Virus record (IMG/VR): IMGVR_UViG_3300044878_000063
Coordinates: 1-57,865 of that record
Length of the DNA stretch: 57,865 bases
Direction: 5' to 3' (one strand)
DNA from: a virus
Taxonomy: Duplodnaviria; Caudoviricetes
Below the pieces are notes generated by a model. It was not told where the DNA came from, did not search any database, and saw only the letters and a program-made list of their open reading frames with translations. The translations under genes and the position numbers were made by a program. Positions 8,116 to 16,832 of this stretch are shown piece after piece (the stretch's first letter is position 1; each line of letters opens with the position of its first letter).

Positions 8116-8251
8116 TCTTAGCCTCCTCCGCTTCCTCTGCCGCAATGACCTGACGCAGGGCCGTGGTATAGTTCATCCCCGGGTTTTCTGCCTGGATCGC
8201 CCGTGCCTTGCGTTTCCGCTGGCGCCGAACGTACTCTGCTTCATCCATCAT
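8102..8251 (-). CDS. Hypothetical protein (49 aa)
   Basis: Hand-translated MMDEAEYVRRQRKRKARAIQ...; AAGGAG RBS. Confidence 0.65.
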   Translation of the reverse strand: MMDEAEYVRRQRKRKARAIQAENPGMNYTTALRQVIAAEEAEEAKNGDS

Positions 8252-8274
8252 TTACTCCTTGTGGTTGGTATTAG

Positions 8275-8436
8275 TTACTGATCGTGCTTACGCTCTCTCA
8301 GCACTTCATGAATTTTTCGTGCAAGGTGTCTTGCTAGAACTCTGGGATTCTCACCGACATACTCGCCACATTCGCATCGTCCTCTGACACTGAACAGATG
8401 CTGGTTGATGACTTCGTCGATATCATCTTCGTTCAT
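8275..8436 (-). CDS. Small His/Cys protein (53 aa)
   Basis: Hand-translated MNEDDIDEVINQH...CECG...ARHLA; coupled to upstream stop. Confidence 0.6.
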   Translation of the reverse strand: MNEDDIDEVINQHLFSVRGRCECGEYVGENPRVLARHLARKIHEVLRERKHDQ

Positions 8437-8612
8437 TTACGAGTATCGTAGTGACATGATTCGCCCCACCCAGGCGTGTTGTACCACTCGCCTCCGGAAG
8501 CTACACAAGCCTTAACAACTCTGCCTCGTTCCTGGAGCTGCTCTTCAGGAGACTGAATGCAGCCAGTCAGTGTGCCTAGACATAGAAGCGCTATGAGTAG
8601 TTTCTTCATCAT
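8433..8612 (-). CDS. Small lipoprotein (59 aa)
   Basis: MMKKLLIALLCLGTLTGC lipobox; not in ORF track. Confidence 0.7.
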   Translation of the reverse strand: MMKKLLIALLCLGTLTGCIQSPEEQLQERGRVVKACVASGGEWYNTPGWGESCHYDTRK

Positions 8613-9001
8613 GCGCTCCCGAAACGTGCTTCAGCACCGTAGACTTCGCCTCGTGCACGAGCATGGAGCTCATGGTTCCAGTTGAGCAGCGACCAGTCAT
8701 AGTCGAGGTTGACCGGCTTGATGCGAGCTCGGCGACCTTCCAGCAATCGGAAGTCTCTTGCCAGGACGATCTGTTTCCTCGGGACACTGTACATGTCTGA
8801 GAACTCCCTGGCACTTTTCAGAGAGCCTCCGAAGTCGAGATAGACCACATCCATCTCTCCGCCGATCTGAGCCTTCTTACGGATGTCCAGCACCTCGTGG
8901 ACACCGTTGTAGTACTCAAGCATCTGATCATGCGGGATGAGGTTGATAGCATCTCCAATGACTGCGTCGAAGAGCCAGCGGTTTACGCGGAGCTTACCCA
9001 T
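8609..9001 (-). CDS. Hypothetical protein
   Basis: Start reassigned to MGKLR (TAATG coupling). Confidence 0.7.
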   Translation of the reverse strand: MGKLRVNRWLFDAVIGDAINLIPHDQMLEYYNGVHEVLDIRKKAQIGGEMDVVYLDFGGSLKSAREFSDMYSVPRKQIVLARDFRLLEGRRARIKPVNLDYDWSLLNWNHELHARARGEVYGAEARFGSA

Positions 9002-9114
9002 TAAACATTCTTCTTTCGTTTGTACCACCAGGTGAGGAATACGAAGATGGTTGACCACGATACTGCGATACCGATGCCACCACCGATTAGAGCTCCCAGA
9101 ACTGTGCTGTCCAT
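9001..9114 (-). CDS. Single-TM microprotein (37 aa)
   Basis: MDSTVLGALIGGGIGIAVSWSTIFVFLTWWYKRKKNV; coupled at both ends. Confidence 0.7.
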   Translation of the reverse strand: MDSTVLGALIGGGIGIAVSWSTIFVFLTWWYKRKKNV

Positions 9115-9302
9115 CACACGCTCCAATCATTCGGGTCGTCCGACTTGCCCCAGCCGAACTTGAGGTCCAGTACTGAGAGGCATAGGAGTATGAAGCAAAG
9201 GATGACGCCTACCCATGCACTTGATCCTCCATTAAGGCCCACTAGACTGAAGATGATCAGCCCGCCAAGCCACCAAATACAAACTGCTATTTTGAGCATC
9301 AT
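9114..9302 (-). CDS. Two-TM membrane protein
   Basis: Hydrophobic 62 aa; coupled overlaps. Confidence 0.7.
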   Translation of the reverse strand: MMLKIAVCIWWLGGLIIFSLVGLNGGSSAWVGVILCFILLCLSVLDLKFGWGKSDDPNDWSV

Positions 9303-9580
9303 GCTACTTTCAGAGGGTCTAAGCCGACTACCCTAGTCTGCTTGGGTTCGTTGTAAAGCTCAGGCCATGCCGCACGATGAAGTTCGTCGACAAATGCTTC
9401 GCAACTGTAGCCATTCTTGGAGTTGAATAGCATCACTTTCTGGATAGGGCACCCAGTGTGCCTGTCCATTACCTGAGTAGGCGAGACGCCCCTCTTTGTC
9501 AAGATGGAACGGACCCGCCGAGAGGCCGCGATTTCGTAGTGAGGATACTTCTGACACTTCCGGTACTCGGAGGTGCTCAT
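9299..9580 (-). CDS. NUMOD4-like domain protein
   Basis: EYRKCQKYPHYEIAASRRVRS...VDELHRAAW; start reassigned to 9580. Confidence 0.55.
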   Translation of the reverse strand: MSTSEYRKCQKYPHYEIAASRRVRSILTKRGVSPTQVMDRHTGCPIQKVMLFNSKNGYSCEAFVDELHRAAWPELYNEPKQTRVVGLDPLKVA

Positions 9581-9929
9581 CGATCCAGCATTGCTCAATT
9601 TGACTCCCCAGCCAAGTCTTGCCGTATCCTCGAGGTGCGATACGGTACAGGTTTTGTCTTTTGTACAGTTCTTCATCAAGCATCTCATGGATCTTTGCCC
9701 AGGATGCTCGGACTTCTTCCCGCCGAGGTTTGTCATCGATTATGTCCCATTCGGTACGCAACCAATTTTCAATGTGACCCCAGCCACCCATGCCCCCACT
9801 AAGCTCACGCATCCCATCAATCTGAGACTCGTAGATGACCGGCTTCCAGTCAAAGGGACGATCACGATACTCTTCTTCTGCCTGTGTTTTGGCGTTGAAG
9901 AGCGTCTTTACAAATTCGGACTCCGTCAC
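9360..9929 (-). CDS. Hypothetical protein with a P-loop-like motif
   Basis: APRGYGKT; 3' end overlaps the next gene by ~220 nt. Confidence 0.55.
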   Translation of the reverse strand: MTESEFVKTLFNAKTQAEEEYRDRPFDWKPVIYESQIDGMRELSGGMGGWGHIENWLRTEWDIIDDKPRREEVRASWAKIHEMLDEELYKRQNLYRIAPRGYGKTWLGSQIEQCWIDEHLRVPEVSEVSSLRNRGLSAGPFHLDKEGRLAYSGNGQAHWVPYPESDAIQLQEWLQLRSICRRTSSCGMA

Positions 9930-10210
9930 TCCAGAACCTCCTCAATGATCTCGTCCTTCTTGAGGTGCTTCTTCTCCTTAATGATCGCCTCGGTGTCCTT
10001 GACACGGTTCTCATCGGGGAAGGTAGAAGGCTTCCAGCGCTCCTTAGGGACTCGTACGACAGTGATGGGCCCTTCAAGATCCTCGACCTTATTGGGATGC
10101 GTAGCAAGCACTACGTTCTCCCTGGGTACCTCATTTTCCACTGCCCATGCTGTTGCGATGCTGTCAGTGCCGAAGACAACTGCCTGCTGCGGTATGGTGA
10201 TCTTCTTCAT
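9926..10210 (-). CDS. Hypothetical protein
   Basis: Coupled ORF; shares a VPR..[IV]VLA segment with 8609-9001. Confidence 0.7.
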   Translation of the reverse strand: MKKITIPQQAVVFGTDSIATAWAVENEVPRENVVLATHPNKVEDLEGPITVVRVPKERWKPSTFPDENRVKDTEAIIKEKKHLKKDEIIEEVLE

Positions 10211-10374
10211 TCAGCTGCTTCTTTCTTTTCCCGACGAGAGCCTGCAGCCTTGTATGAGAGAATTGTCGTAAGCAACAGGAATGCTGCAAACCACCATGGC
10301 GAAATCAAACCGACAACTGCCAGCGTCAGTACTGAGATCATGGCGGACCAACTAAGGATGAATGCCCAGGTCAT
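10207..10374 (-). CDS. Two-TM membrane protein
   Basis: MTWAFILSWSAMISVL...; ATGA coupling. Confidence 0.7.
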   Translation of the reverse strand: MTWAFILSWSAMISVLTLAVVGLISPWWFAAFLLLTTILSYKAAGSRREKKEAAE

Positions 10375-10868
10375 GCGGCTTCCTTTTCTGTGAGGTTGGG
10401 AAAGGTCTGGCGTAGCAGCCATTCCTGTGTGTATACGTGCTGACCTGATGAGTTCATCAGGCGATATGACTTGGCGCCAGTTTCAGCGTCGACGATCGGA
10501 TACACTCGCCTCCTACCGGCTCTGTACCGGATCTCGCCACTTTCATGCATTTGGTGCTTAGGGAAACCCGGTATGTCAGTCCAACCTACACGGATGATCC
10601 GCTTTACAGGTTTGAGCTTCTTAGGCGGAGCGTCTTCAGGGAATGCTTCATTTACCAATGACTCATAAGTGCGTGCAGTCCCTCCTCCATCATCAGTCCT
10701 CATGCTGTATGCATAGGTGTCTGTAGTTTTATTGTGCGTTTCCTTGAGCAACCGTCCACGTGGACCAATAAGGTCGCCACTGCGATTGATCTTGTAACGC
10801 TTCATACTAGGGATGGGGCGAAACTCATCCTTCGAGACATCGCGCCCATCTAATGTGCGTAGAAACAT
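10371..10868 (-). CDS. Tandem NUMOD4-like domain protein
   Basis: EFRPIPSMKRYKINRSG and GWTDIPGFPKHQMHESG. Confidence 0.65.
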   Translation of the reverse strand: MFLRTLDGRDVSKDEFRPIPSMKRYKINRSGDLIGPRGRLLKETHNKTTDTYAYSMRTDDGGGTARTYESLVNEAFPEDAPPKKLKPVKRIIRVGWTDIPGFPKHQMHESGEIRYRAGRRRVYPIVDAETGAKSYRLMNSSGQHVYTQEWLLRQTFPNLTEKEAA

Positions 10869-10889
10869 TGTGCTGAGACCTTGCTGTGT

Positions 10890-11348
10890 TTAGTTGGTAA
10901 GCTCAGGGAACATTTTGAACATGAGCCATTCGACATTCATCCATTTCATGCTGTTGTTGTCATCACACAGCATTGCACGACGCCTATCGAATTTCACCTC
11001 AGTCGCGACCGTCTTCTGAGTTTGCTTGTCGATAATCATTCCTCGGGAATTTATGATGTAGCCAGAGAACCCTTTGATTGTCCGCCAACCTCTCGGATCA
11101 TCTGATTGACCTGGCTTATCATCATGAGCAATTTGATTCTCGAAAAGCTGTTTTGGTTGGGGCGGGAAGCCGTGGAGAATACGATCCAGCATCTCCACCT
11201 CTTCTTCAGGCGTAGGGGCCTTATCGACCCTGATAAACCTGTGCGCAGTTTCAGAACCAGCCGAACCTAGGAAGAATCGGACATCGATCTCCAAGACATC
11301 GCCAGTCTGCTTACCGTCTGCGTAGATAGGAAGACGTACTGACCTCAT
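10890..11348 (-). CDS. Protein with C-terminal NUMOD4-like domain
   Basis: GWRTIKGFSGYIINSRG. Confidence 0.65.
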   Translation of the reverse strand: MRSVRLPIYADGKQTGDVLEIDVRFFLGSAGSETAHRFIRVDKAPTPEEEVEMLDRILHGFPPQPKQLFENQIAHDDKPGQSDDPRGWRTIKGFSGYIINSRGMIIDKQTQKTVATEVKFDRRRAMLCDDNNSMKWMNVEWLMFKMFPELTN

Positions 11349-11578
11349 GCCACCTTCTTTTCTACTTCGAAGAAGCCGTTGTCGAGTTTCTTGCCGACAA
11401 CATACCGAGTTTCCAACCCCACCTTAGTGAAGATGCCCAGGTACTGTGTGGCTCCGAACTCTGCCAGAAGGTAGAGACCCGAGGAGTATTCTAGGAAGCC
11501 CCGGTCCATGTTGTACTGGGACTCGAGCGTTGCCTTGTTCTGCTTGTCGATCTTTACTGCTTTGAGATTCGTAGCCAC
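11345..11578 (-). CDS. Hypothetical protein
   Basis: GGAG RBS; abutting neighbours. Confidence 0.7.
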   Translation of the reverse strand: MATNLKAVKIDKQNKATLESQYNMDRGFLEYSSGLYLLAEFGATQYLGIFTKVGLETRYVVGKKLDNGFFEVEKKVA

Positions 11579-11890
11579 TTACTTCTCCTTTGGGTATGCT
11601 GCCGACATGATGGCATCGAGTGAAATTACATGTTTCTGTCCGTTGATCCAGAAGTCTACAAACTCGCCTTCTTCTGGACGCAACATGTACTTGTAGGGTT
11701 GGCACTGAGCTCCGGTAGTCTTCCTACGAATCTGCCGGAGCTCAGTGACCTCATACTCAGGAAAGCCAGGGACCGGCTTCCAGTTCGGATCGTTCTCTGC
11801 CGTCAGTCTTACGAGATGTGCGCTGAGTACGCCATATCCTTTGGCGCGCTTGTACAGATCCGGACCAGGCTTAGGTTTGTGCTTTCCCAT
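11579..11890 (-). CDS. NUMOD4-like domain protein
   Basis: NWKPVPGFPEYEVTELRQI. Confidence 0.65.
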   Translation of the reverse strand: MGKHKPKPGPDLYKRAKGYGVLSAHLVRLTAENDPNWKPVPGFPEYEVTELRQIRRKTTGAQCQPYKYMLRPEEGEFVDFWINGQKHVISLDAIMSAAYPKEK

Positions 11891-11920
11891 GATTCCCCCT
11901 AGATGTTGTTCTTGGTTAGT

Positions 11921-12346
11921 TTAGAGCTTCTGCATCTTGTAGATGACTGACGGGCGCTGGACCCGGTTGAAGAGGTTCACTGTTGCCCGAACATCGGCAT
12001 TAGCGTAGTTGTGCATAACAACTCCCTGAATGTCCTTGAGTCGCTTCGACTCTTCATCACGCTTGATGGCATCCTTGTAGACGCTGTCAAAGGTGATGAG
12101 ATTGCCCTCATCATCCCGGTGACCGAGATTGTCCATGACCATCTGCATGAGCTCAACGACGACGCTCCAGGGTACGGCAAGGATTGTGACCTGCTCGAGC
12201 TTCTGCAACTTGTTGACGCGCTTCCGCGACAGGGAGACGAACCGGTTGTCCGTCCGTACCCAGTAATTGCCGTCGTACATGAACTTGCCGTAGTGACCGG
12301 CAACCTCGATGATGGTACCTTTGGGGTGCTTAGAGAGTTTCATCAT
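11921..12346 (-). CDS. Hypothetical protein
   Basis: AAAGGAG RBS; 141 aa. Confidence 0.75.
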   Translation of the reverse strand: MMKLSKHPKGTIIEVAGHYGKFMYDGNYWVRTDNRFVSLSRKRVNKLQKLEQVTILAVPWSVVVELMQMVMDNLGHRDDEGNLITFDSVYKDAIKRDEESKRLKDIQGVVMHNYANADVRATVNLFNRVQRPSVIYKMQKL

Positions 12347-12373
12347 TGTCTCCTTTCGAGAGATTTTTGCTAG

Positions 12374-12625
12374 TTAGACACGCCACTGTGGGCGTAACAG
12401 ATCCTTATTCATACTGACGTACATGATGCCTCGCGCTACAAACACCATGTCATTAGGCTCGCCCATCCTCAGCGACCGACTCATTGAAAGCATGAAGATC
12501 TCACGAACAAGACGCTTGGTAAGTCCCACTCGACGACCCATCTCGTAGGCCTTCTCGAGATTGGTCAGGAGTGGCGGTGCAGACTTTTGATCGGTGAATG
12601 GATTGTGAGGAACTTGCGGACTCAT
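12374..12625 (-). CDS. Hypothetical protein
   Basis: ATGA coupling to helicase. Confidence 0.65.
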   Translation of the reverse strand: MSPQVPHNPFTDQKSAPPLLTNLEKAYEMGRRVGLTKRLVREIFMLSMSRSLRMGEPNDMVFVARGIMYVSMNKDLLRPQWRV

Positions 12626-13851
12626 AGAGCTTTAACCCAGTTCTTCTCATTGAAGTTCTTCTTCTCAAGGATTGATTTAAGAATAGCCTTATCAATCAGA
12701 GCTCCGGACTTCAGAATGTAGTAGTACAGATCGACATACTTAGTGTTCAGTCGATCGATTCGTCCCTTGGCTTGGTGGTTGATCTTGTAGGAGTAGTTAA
12801 GGGAGAAGAAGGCCATTGCGTCGGTAGTAATACAGTTCCATCCCTCAGCGCCTGCTGTATACTGGACGAGATAGATCCATTTTTTACTAGTAGGGACTGA
12901 CTCATGTTTCTGACCGTTCCACTCAGCACTTTTAATTCCGTGGAGTTTTCCAAGCGTTCGAAGGTCTTCAAGTTCGTAGTTGAAATTGTAGAAAACGATG
13001 AGTCGATCATGTTGATCCAGGAGTTCCGAAATTGCCTTGAGGCGCGACGGATGCGAGTTAACCAGTTTTCGAGCGACCAGGAAGAGTTCGCCAACATCCT
13101 TGATCGGTCGATCCTCGTATATATGCCATCGGTCTTTCCAAAGCCGTTTAAACTGTGCTTCGTCATGCCGAACTGGTACATACTTGATGTGACGTTTGGT
13201 ATGACGTGGGTACGGCATGTTAACGGTGATAGACCGCACATGTTTAAGGAGCACGCCGGTATCCAGATAACGTTCGATCTGAGGGAACTTAGTGAACCTT
13301 CGATACATAACGTGCCGGTCGGTGAAGTCTGTCTTGTTCTTGTAGAACCCGTTTGCCACGAATACCGGAAGGTAGTCCATCCAGACATCTCCAGGAGTGG
13401 CGCTGAGCAGAACCCACTTGTTGTTTTTAGCAATCTGGACAAAGGCCTTAGACCAAGCACCCCATCCGACCACGCGCTGTTCGTCAAAGATGAAGAAGGC
13501 ATTCTCTACATTCCTATACTTCTCGATGTTGTTCCATGAATCAACAAAGACTTGTGCCCCAGTGTGGCTAAGCTCAAATTTGGTTGACAGACCAAACGGC
13601 GCGCATTCATCCTCCCACTCGAGGCTATTACGCTTCTTTGCCGTCGTGATGATGTAGAGGTCCCGAGGGTTCTCCATAGGCTTGTAATCGCCGAAGCCAT
13701 TTCGTCGAATGTCGCCTTTACATTCTTTAATGAGGTAGTAAGCGATCGCAGTGATTGACTTGCCGGTACCAACGTCTCCATTGAGAATGCAACCATTCTT
13801 CATCTTCTCCAGTGCAGTAATCTGATGGGGGTGTAGATTTATTGAGGCCAA
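12622..13851 (-). CDS. SF2 (SNF2/DEAD-like) helicase
   Basis: LHPHQ, DVGTGKS, IFDEQR, LSATP, GAEGWN, QAKGRIDR. Confidence 0.9.
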   Translation of the reverse strand: MASINLHPHQITALEKMKNGCILNGDVGTGKSITAIAYYLIKECKGDIRRNGFGDYKPMENPRDLYIITTAKKRNSLEWEDECAPFGLSTKFELSHTGAQVFVDSWNNIEKYRNVENAFFIFDEQRVVGWGAWSKAFVQIAKNNKWVLLSATPGDVWMDYLPVFVANGFYKNKTDFTDRHVMYRRFTKFPQIERYLDTGVLLKHVRSITVNMPYPRHTKRHIKYVPVRHDEAQFKRLWKDRWHIYEDRPIKDVGELFLVARKLVNSHPSRLKAISELLDQHDRLIVFYNFNYELEDLRTLGKLHGIKSAEWNGQKHESVPTSKKWIYLVQYTAGAEGWNCITTDAMAFFSLNYSYKINHQAKGRIDRLNTKYVDLYYYILKSGALIDKAILKSILEKKNFNEKNWVKAL

Positions 13852-14213
13852 GTCTGATTAACTTCTGGTAGGGTTCGCGTCATTTCATTCCACTTCCAAC
13901 GCTCGATGCGTACTTCTGCCGGATATAGCTGATCCTTACAGGTCTTGCATTTGAAGGTCAGCCAATAGTCGGATCGATTTACAATCTTGCCAATAGGTCC
14001 AGACCAGGACAGGCTCGTAAATTTATACGAATGCTTATGGGGTACTGACACAACTCGATCCCTATAGAAATCCGAGATGATCTTCGATCCGATGCTAGGG
14101 TTTGCTCGCTCCCAATCATCCTTTGCGACGGATTTAATGCCCAGACAATATCTAGGCCAAAAGAAGAACCAAGTGTGAGCGAAATGTGGTTCGTCGTTAT
14201 GGCATTGCATCAA
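13839..14213 (-). CDS. Hypothetical Cys/His protein
   Basis: C-x5-H-x2-H...C-x-G and CKTC. Confidence 0.65.
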   Translation of the reverse strand: MMQCHNDEPHFAHTWFFFWPRYCLGIKSVAKDDWERANPSIGSKIISDFYRDRVVSVPHKHSYKFTSLSWSGPIGKIVNRSDYWLTFKCKTCKDQLYPAEVRIERWKWNEMTRTLPEVNQTWPQ

Positions 14214-14359
14214 TTAGCCCTCCTTACTTCTTCGAATGCGTTTGCATATGACCAACCGATGCAGAAGTAGTCACCGGCACCAGCATAGTTCTTAGCTCCA
14301 ACGTGAAGCCAGTGTCCATCATGCTCGTACCGGTGACCACAAAACCTGTAGAAGATCAT
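14210..14359 (-). CDS. Small Cys/His protein (49 aa)
   Basis: MIFYRFCGHRYEHDGHWLH...YFCIG; same C-x5-H-x2-H pattern as neighbour. Confidence 0.55.
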   Translation of the reverse strand: MIFYRFCGHRYEHDGHWLHVGAKNYAGAGDYFCIGWSYANAFEEVRRAN

Positions 14360-14444
14360 TAGATTTTAGTCGTATGCAGCCAGCCCTGAGGCCCCCGCTC
14401 TACATTGCCAGTGCAGTTTGTGTTGCCGCAATTGCAGGAATTTT

Positions 14445-14945
14445 TCATGCTGCATTTTCTCCGTATTGCTCTTCGTAGTAGCTGTACGTATAGCCCATGT
14501 GGGATCTACGCTCGCCCCTCAAGCAAGCATAGATACTTCCATAGTCGCCTCCGATATAATCGGCACAGTCCCTAGCGGTTCTGTATACCGCACCAGTCTC
14601 ATTGACCAGCACTGGACGACTCGTCAGTCGGATACGCCTTTGTGGCATGTCTTCTGGACGAGGCTGTCTGCGAAGGTGCAGGTTAATTACCCGGCAGTCT
14701 TCAATGTCGCCATTAACGGGAATGACTTGCTGCCGTGGATCATATTCAGCAAGGAATGCTGCGGCAACCAGGCGATGTACATAAAAGTCTCGAACTTGTC
14801 CAAGATGTGAAAGGGAGACCCGAAGGTAGCCCTCGTCATTCGGACGAAGCTTCAACAATTCATCGCGTTTAATATTAGCTACGCGGCCCATGTTGCTGAC
14901 TGCGTAGTTTGGATAGCCATCAACAGCCACCCATTCTTCCCTCAT
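14445..14945 (-). CDS. NUMOD4-HNH-NUMOD1 homing-endonuclease-like protein with degenerate HNH
   Basis: EEWVAVDGYPNYAVSNMGRV, VHRLVA, VIPVNGDIEDCRVINL, C-terminal HTH. Confidence 0.8.
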   Translation of the reverse strand: MREEWVAVDGYPNYAVSNMGRVANIKRDELLKLRPNDEGYLRVSLSHLGQVRDFYVHRLVAAAFLAEYDPRQQVIPVNGDIEDCRVINLHLRRQPRPEDMPQRRIRLTSRPVLVNETGAVYRTARDCADYIGGDYGSIYACLRGERRSHMGYTYSYYEEQYGENAA

Positions 14946-15020
14946 GAAACCCTTTCAAAAATTGAGACCAAGCAGAGTGGGGGCCAGGAATAATCCCAAC
15001 CCCCACTCAGTATTTAGTTG

Positions 15021-15233
15021 TTAAGCTGCGTGTGGTTGAGACCTGGGCAGTTTTAGATCAATAGGAACTACTTCAGCTATGACTGGAGGTTTACAAGTGG
15101 CATCAGTCAAGTGCTTTCGACTCTCACTTGTTGGAACCCACATGTCGACTGGCCAATCACGGTTCTTGCACATATAGTGGAGCTTGTATCCGCACCTCGG
15201 GCATTCCAAACGGATTGCTGGTCTGAGACTCAT
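15021..15233 (-). CDS. Small zinc-ribbon-like protein
   Basis: CPRCG. Confidence 0.55.
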   Translation of the reverse strand: MSLRPAIRLECPRCGYKLHYMCKNRDWPVDMWVPTSESRKHLTDATCKPPVIAEVVPIDLKLPRSQPHAA

Positions 15234-15253
15234 TCTATATCCCCCAATTCCTA

Positions 15254-15553
15254 CTAGACCTGAACGTATCCTTCAAGGATCAGTAGTTCTGGACGAAGGA
15301 CTTCGAAGGTGCCGTCTTGTTTTTGAACAATCCAGTCATCGGTAAAAGCTGTTCCGTTCCATTTATCGACTGAATGAACGCGAACTCTTTCCGGAAGTGT
15401 CTTGGTGCCGACCTCGGTTGCTTCGAGCCACTCGGCTCGAGTCTCTGTCATCTGCCCGTTGCTGTTCACCCACAGGGCGAGGCTCGCGCCATTTTCCTTT
15501 CCGCCCGTAAATTGCCTTGCGTCGACCGTTTCGGTTCTTTGAAAAGTTGCCAC
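15254..15553 (-). CDS. Hypothetical protein ([GDN]D[YW][IV]V family paralogue)
   Basis: VDARQF...DDWIVQKQDGTFEV; GTG start 15553. Confidence 0.65.
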   Translation of the reverse strand: MATFQRTETVDARQFTGGKENGASLALWVNSNGQMTETRAEWLEATEVGTKTLPERVRVHSVDKWNGTAFTDDWIVQKQDGTFEVLRPELLILEGYVQV

Positions 15554-15797
15554 TTGCTTCTTTCTTCTTTGAAAGCTCTTCTTTAGTCCAACGATATGCA
15601 TTGATACTAAAGATGACTGTGTATGCCAAAGCGGTTACTGCGAACGCTGGGGTAGATGTGACTATAGCGTAAGCAAACCAGAGGGCCTGGCAGCCGAGGT
15701 TGATATACCACGACCACCAGACCTTCTTGCCGGAGAAGTAAAAACCGATAAGTCCTACGGCTCCTACTGCCCAGGACAATATTTGTCCGCTATCCAA
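15363..15797 (-). CDS. PnuC-like small membrane protein
   Basis: Three TM segments, GKKVWWSW...LWFAYA...NAYRW; tail overlaps next gene. Confidence 0.55.
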   Translation of the reverse strand: MDSGQILSWAVGAVGLIGFYFSGKKVWWSWYINLGCQALWFAYAIVTSTPAFAVTALAYTVIFSINAYRWTKEELSKKKEASGNFSKNRNGRRKAIYGRKGKWREPRPVGEQQRADDRDSSRVARSNRGRHQDTSGKSSRSFSR

Positions 15798-15830
15798 GGA
15801 CTACTGCACCCCATTCTTCGATGGTGTATT

Positions 15831-16247
15831 TCACTGCTCGATTTCCTTTCGTGTCTGGAGGAACTCACCAAGGTCGGTAAGTGTGGATTCGACGAGGGTC
15901 CATACAGCCTCGAAGGTCCGACCATCCTGGATGTAGGTATCGCCCTCACGCATGACGATATAGTCGCCAACGTTCATTCGGTCCTTGCTCTCCTCGACGA
16001 CCAGGTGTTCCGGGTCGATCTTGAAGACGAGGTTCTCGTTCTCATCGAGTTCCACGTAGCCGTCTTCGCCGATAACCAGTTCATCAGTCTCCTGGGCATC
16101 AACCCAGTAGGACTTGAGACCCGCTGCATTGAGGATCTCCATGATCTCGAAGACGTGATCCGGAGTCTCGTTGTTGGCATTGCCGTGGAACAGGACTGCT
16201 ACGCAAGACTTTCCGTCTTCACGCAGGTAGGTGTTGTAAGCGATCAT
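15831..16247 (-). CDS. Hypothetical protein ([GDN]D[YW][IV]V family paralogue)
   Basis: VAVLF...VGDYIVMREG...FEAVW. Confidence 0.7.
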   Translation of the reverse strand: MIAYNTYLREDGKSCVAVLFHGNANNETPDHVFEIMEILNAAGLKSYWVDAQETDELVIGEDGYVELDENENLVFKIDPEHLVVEESKDRMNVGDYIVMREGDTYIQDGRTFEAVWTLVESTLTDLGEFLQTRKEIEQ

Positions 16248-16528
16248 CAGTTGTACTCCTTAGTGAGGTTGATATAGTGGTCGAGCATGGCGTCATTGTA
16301 AACGCTTTCGCTGACACACCGTTGGTGCTTGTCATAATTCTTGTCCAGAATTACCAGACGGAAGCAGTGTTTCCGTGTATAAGGCTTGACAGTCCGCATT
16401 ACACGGGTCTCGTACTTCTCTATGACCGTTCCTGCTACTGGCGTGAATCCACAACCGGTAAGCGTAAGGACACTAATCAGAGAAATGAAACCTAGAAGAC
16501 AGGACTTAAACAGGCGCTTCTTGTTCAA
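16247..16528 (-). CDS. Putative lipoprotein
   Basis: Basic N-terminus, hydrophobic stretch, LTGC lipobox; TTG start inferred. Confidence 0.65.
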   Translation of the reverse strand: MNKKRLFKSCLLGFISLISVLTLTGCGFTPVAGTVIEKYETRVMRTVKPYTRKHCFRLVILDKNYDKHQRCVSESVYNDAMLDHYINLTKEYN

Positions 16529-16826
16529 TGAGCACCCTTTCTTGTTCGGCATTGATGATGATGTCGATCGGTGAGGCTTGGCCTGTCAGTTGAGCATACA
16601 GAGCAAGGTCATTCACGACACTACCTCTCAGGAATCTCCACTGCTCAAGAGTGAGAGATGCCTCACCCAGTGGTGCAATATGAGGCTGAAGATCTCGAAC
16701 AAGAAGAGTGCCTTCTTCAATTCGACGGAAGAGACGTTTGGCTAGAGGATGCTGACTAGCTTTTAGCTCGAGAGTTTGCGCTTGTTTAGCCGGATTTCCA
16801 CCCGGGCGTTTTTTCTTAGTCGACAC
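16506..16826 (-). CDS. Hypothetical protein
   Basis: KKRPGGNPAK N-terminus. Confidence 0.65.
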   Translation of the reverse strand: MSTKKKRPGGNPAKQAQTLELKASQHPLAKRLFRRIEEGTLLVRDLQPHIAPLGEASLTLEQWRFLRGSVVNDLALYAQLTGQASPIDIIINAEQERVLIEQEAPV

Positions 16827-16832
16827 GTCGCT

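Noticed and set aside
14359-14448. 29-aa Cys-rich ORF (MKNSCNCGNTNC...)
   Set aside because: Coupled at both ends and possibly real, but too short to support as a feature
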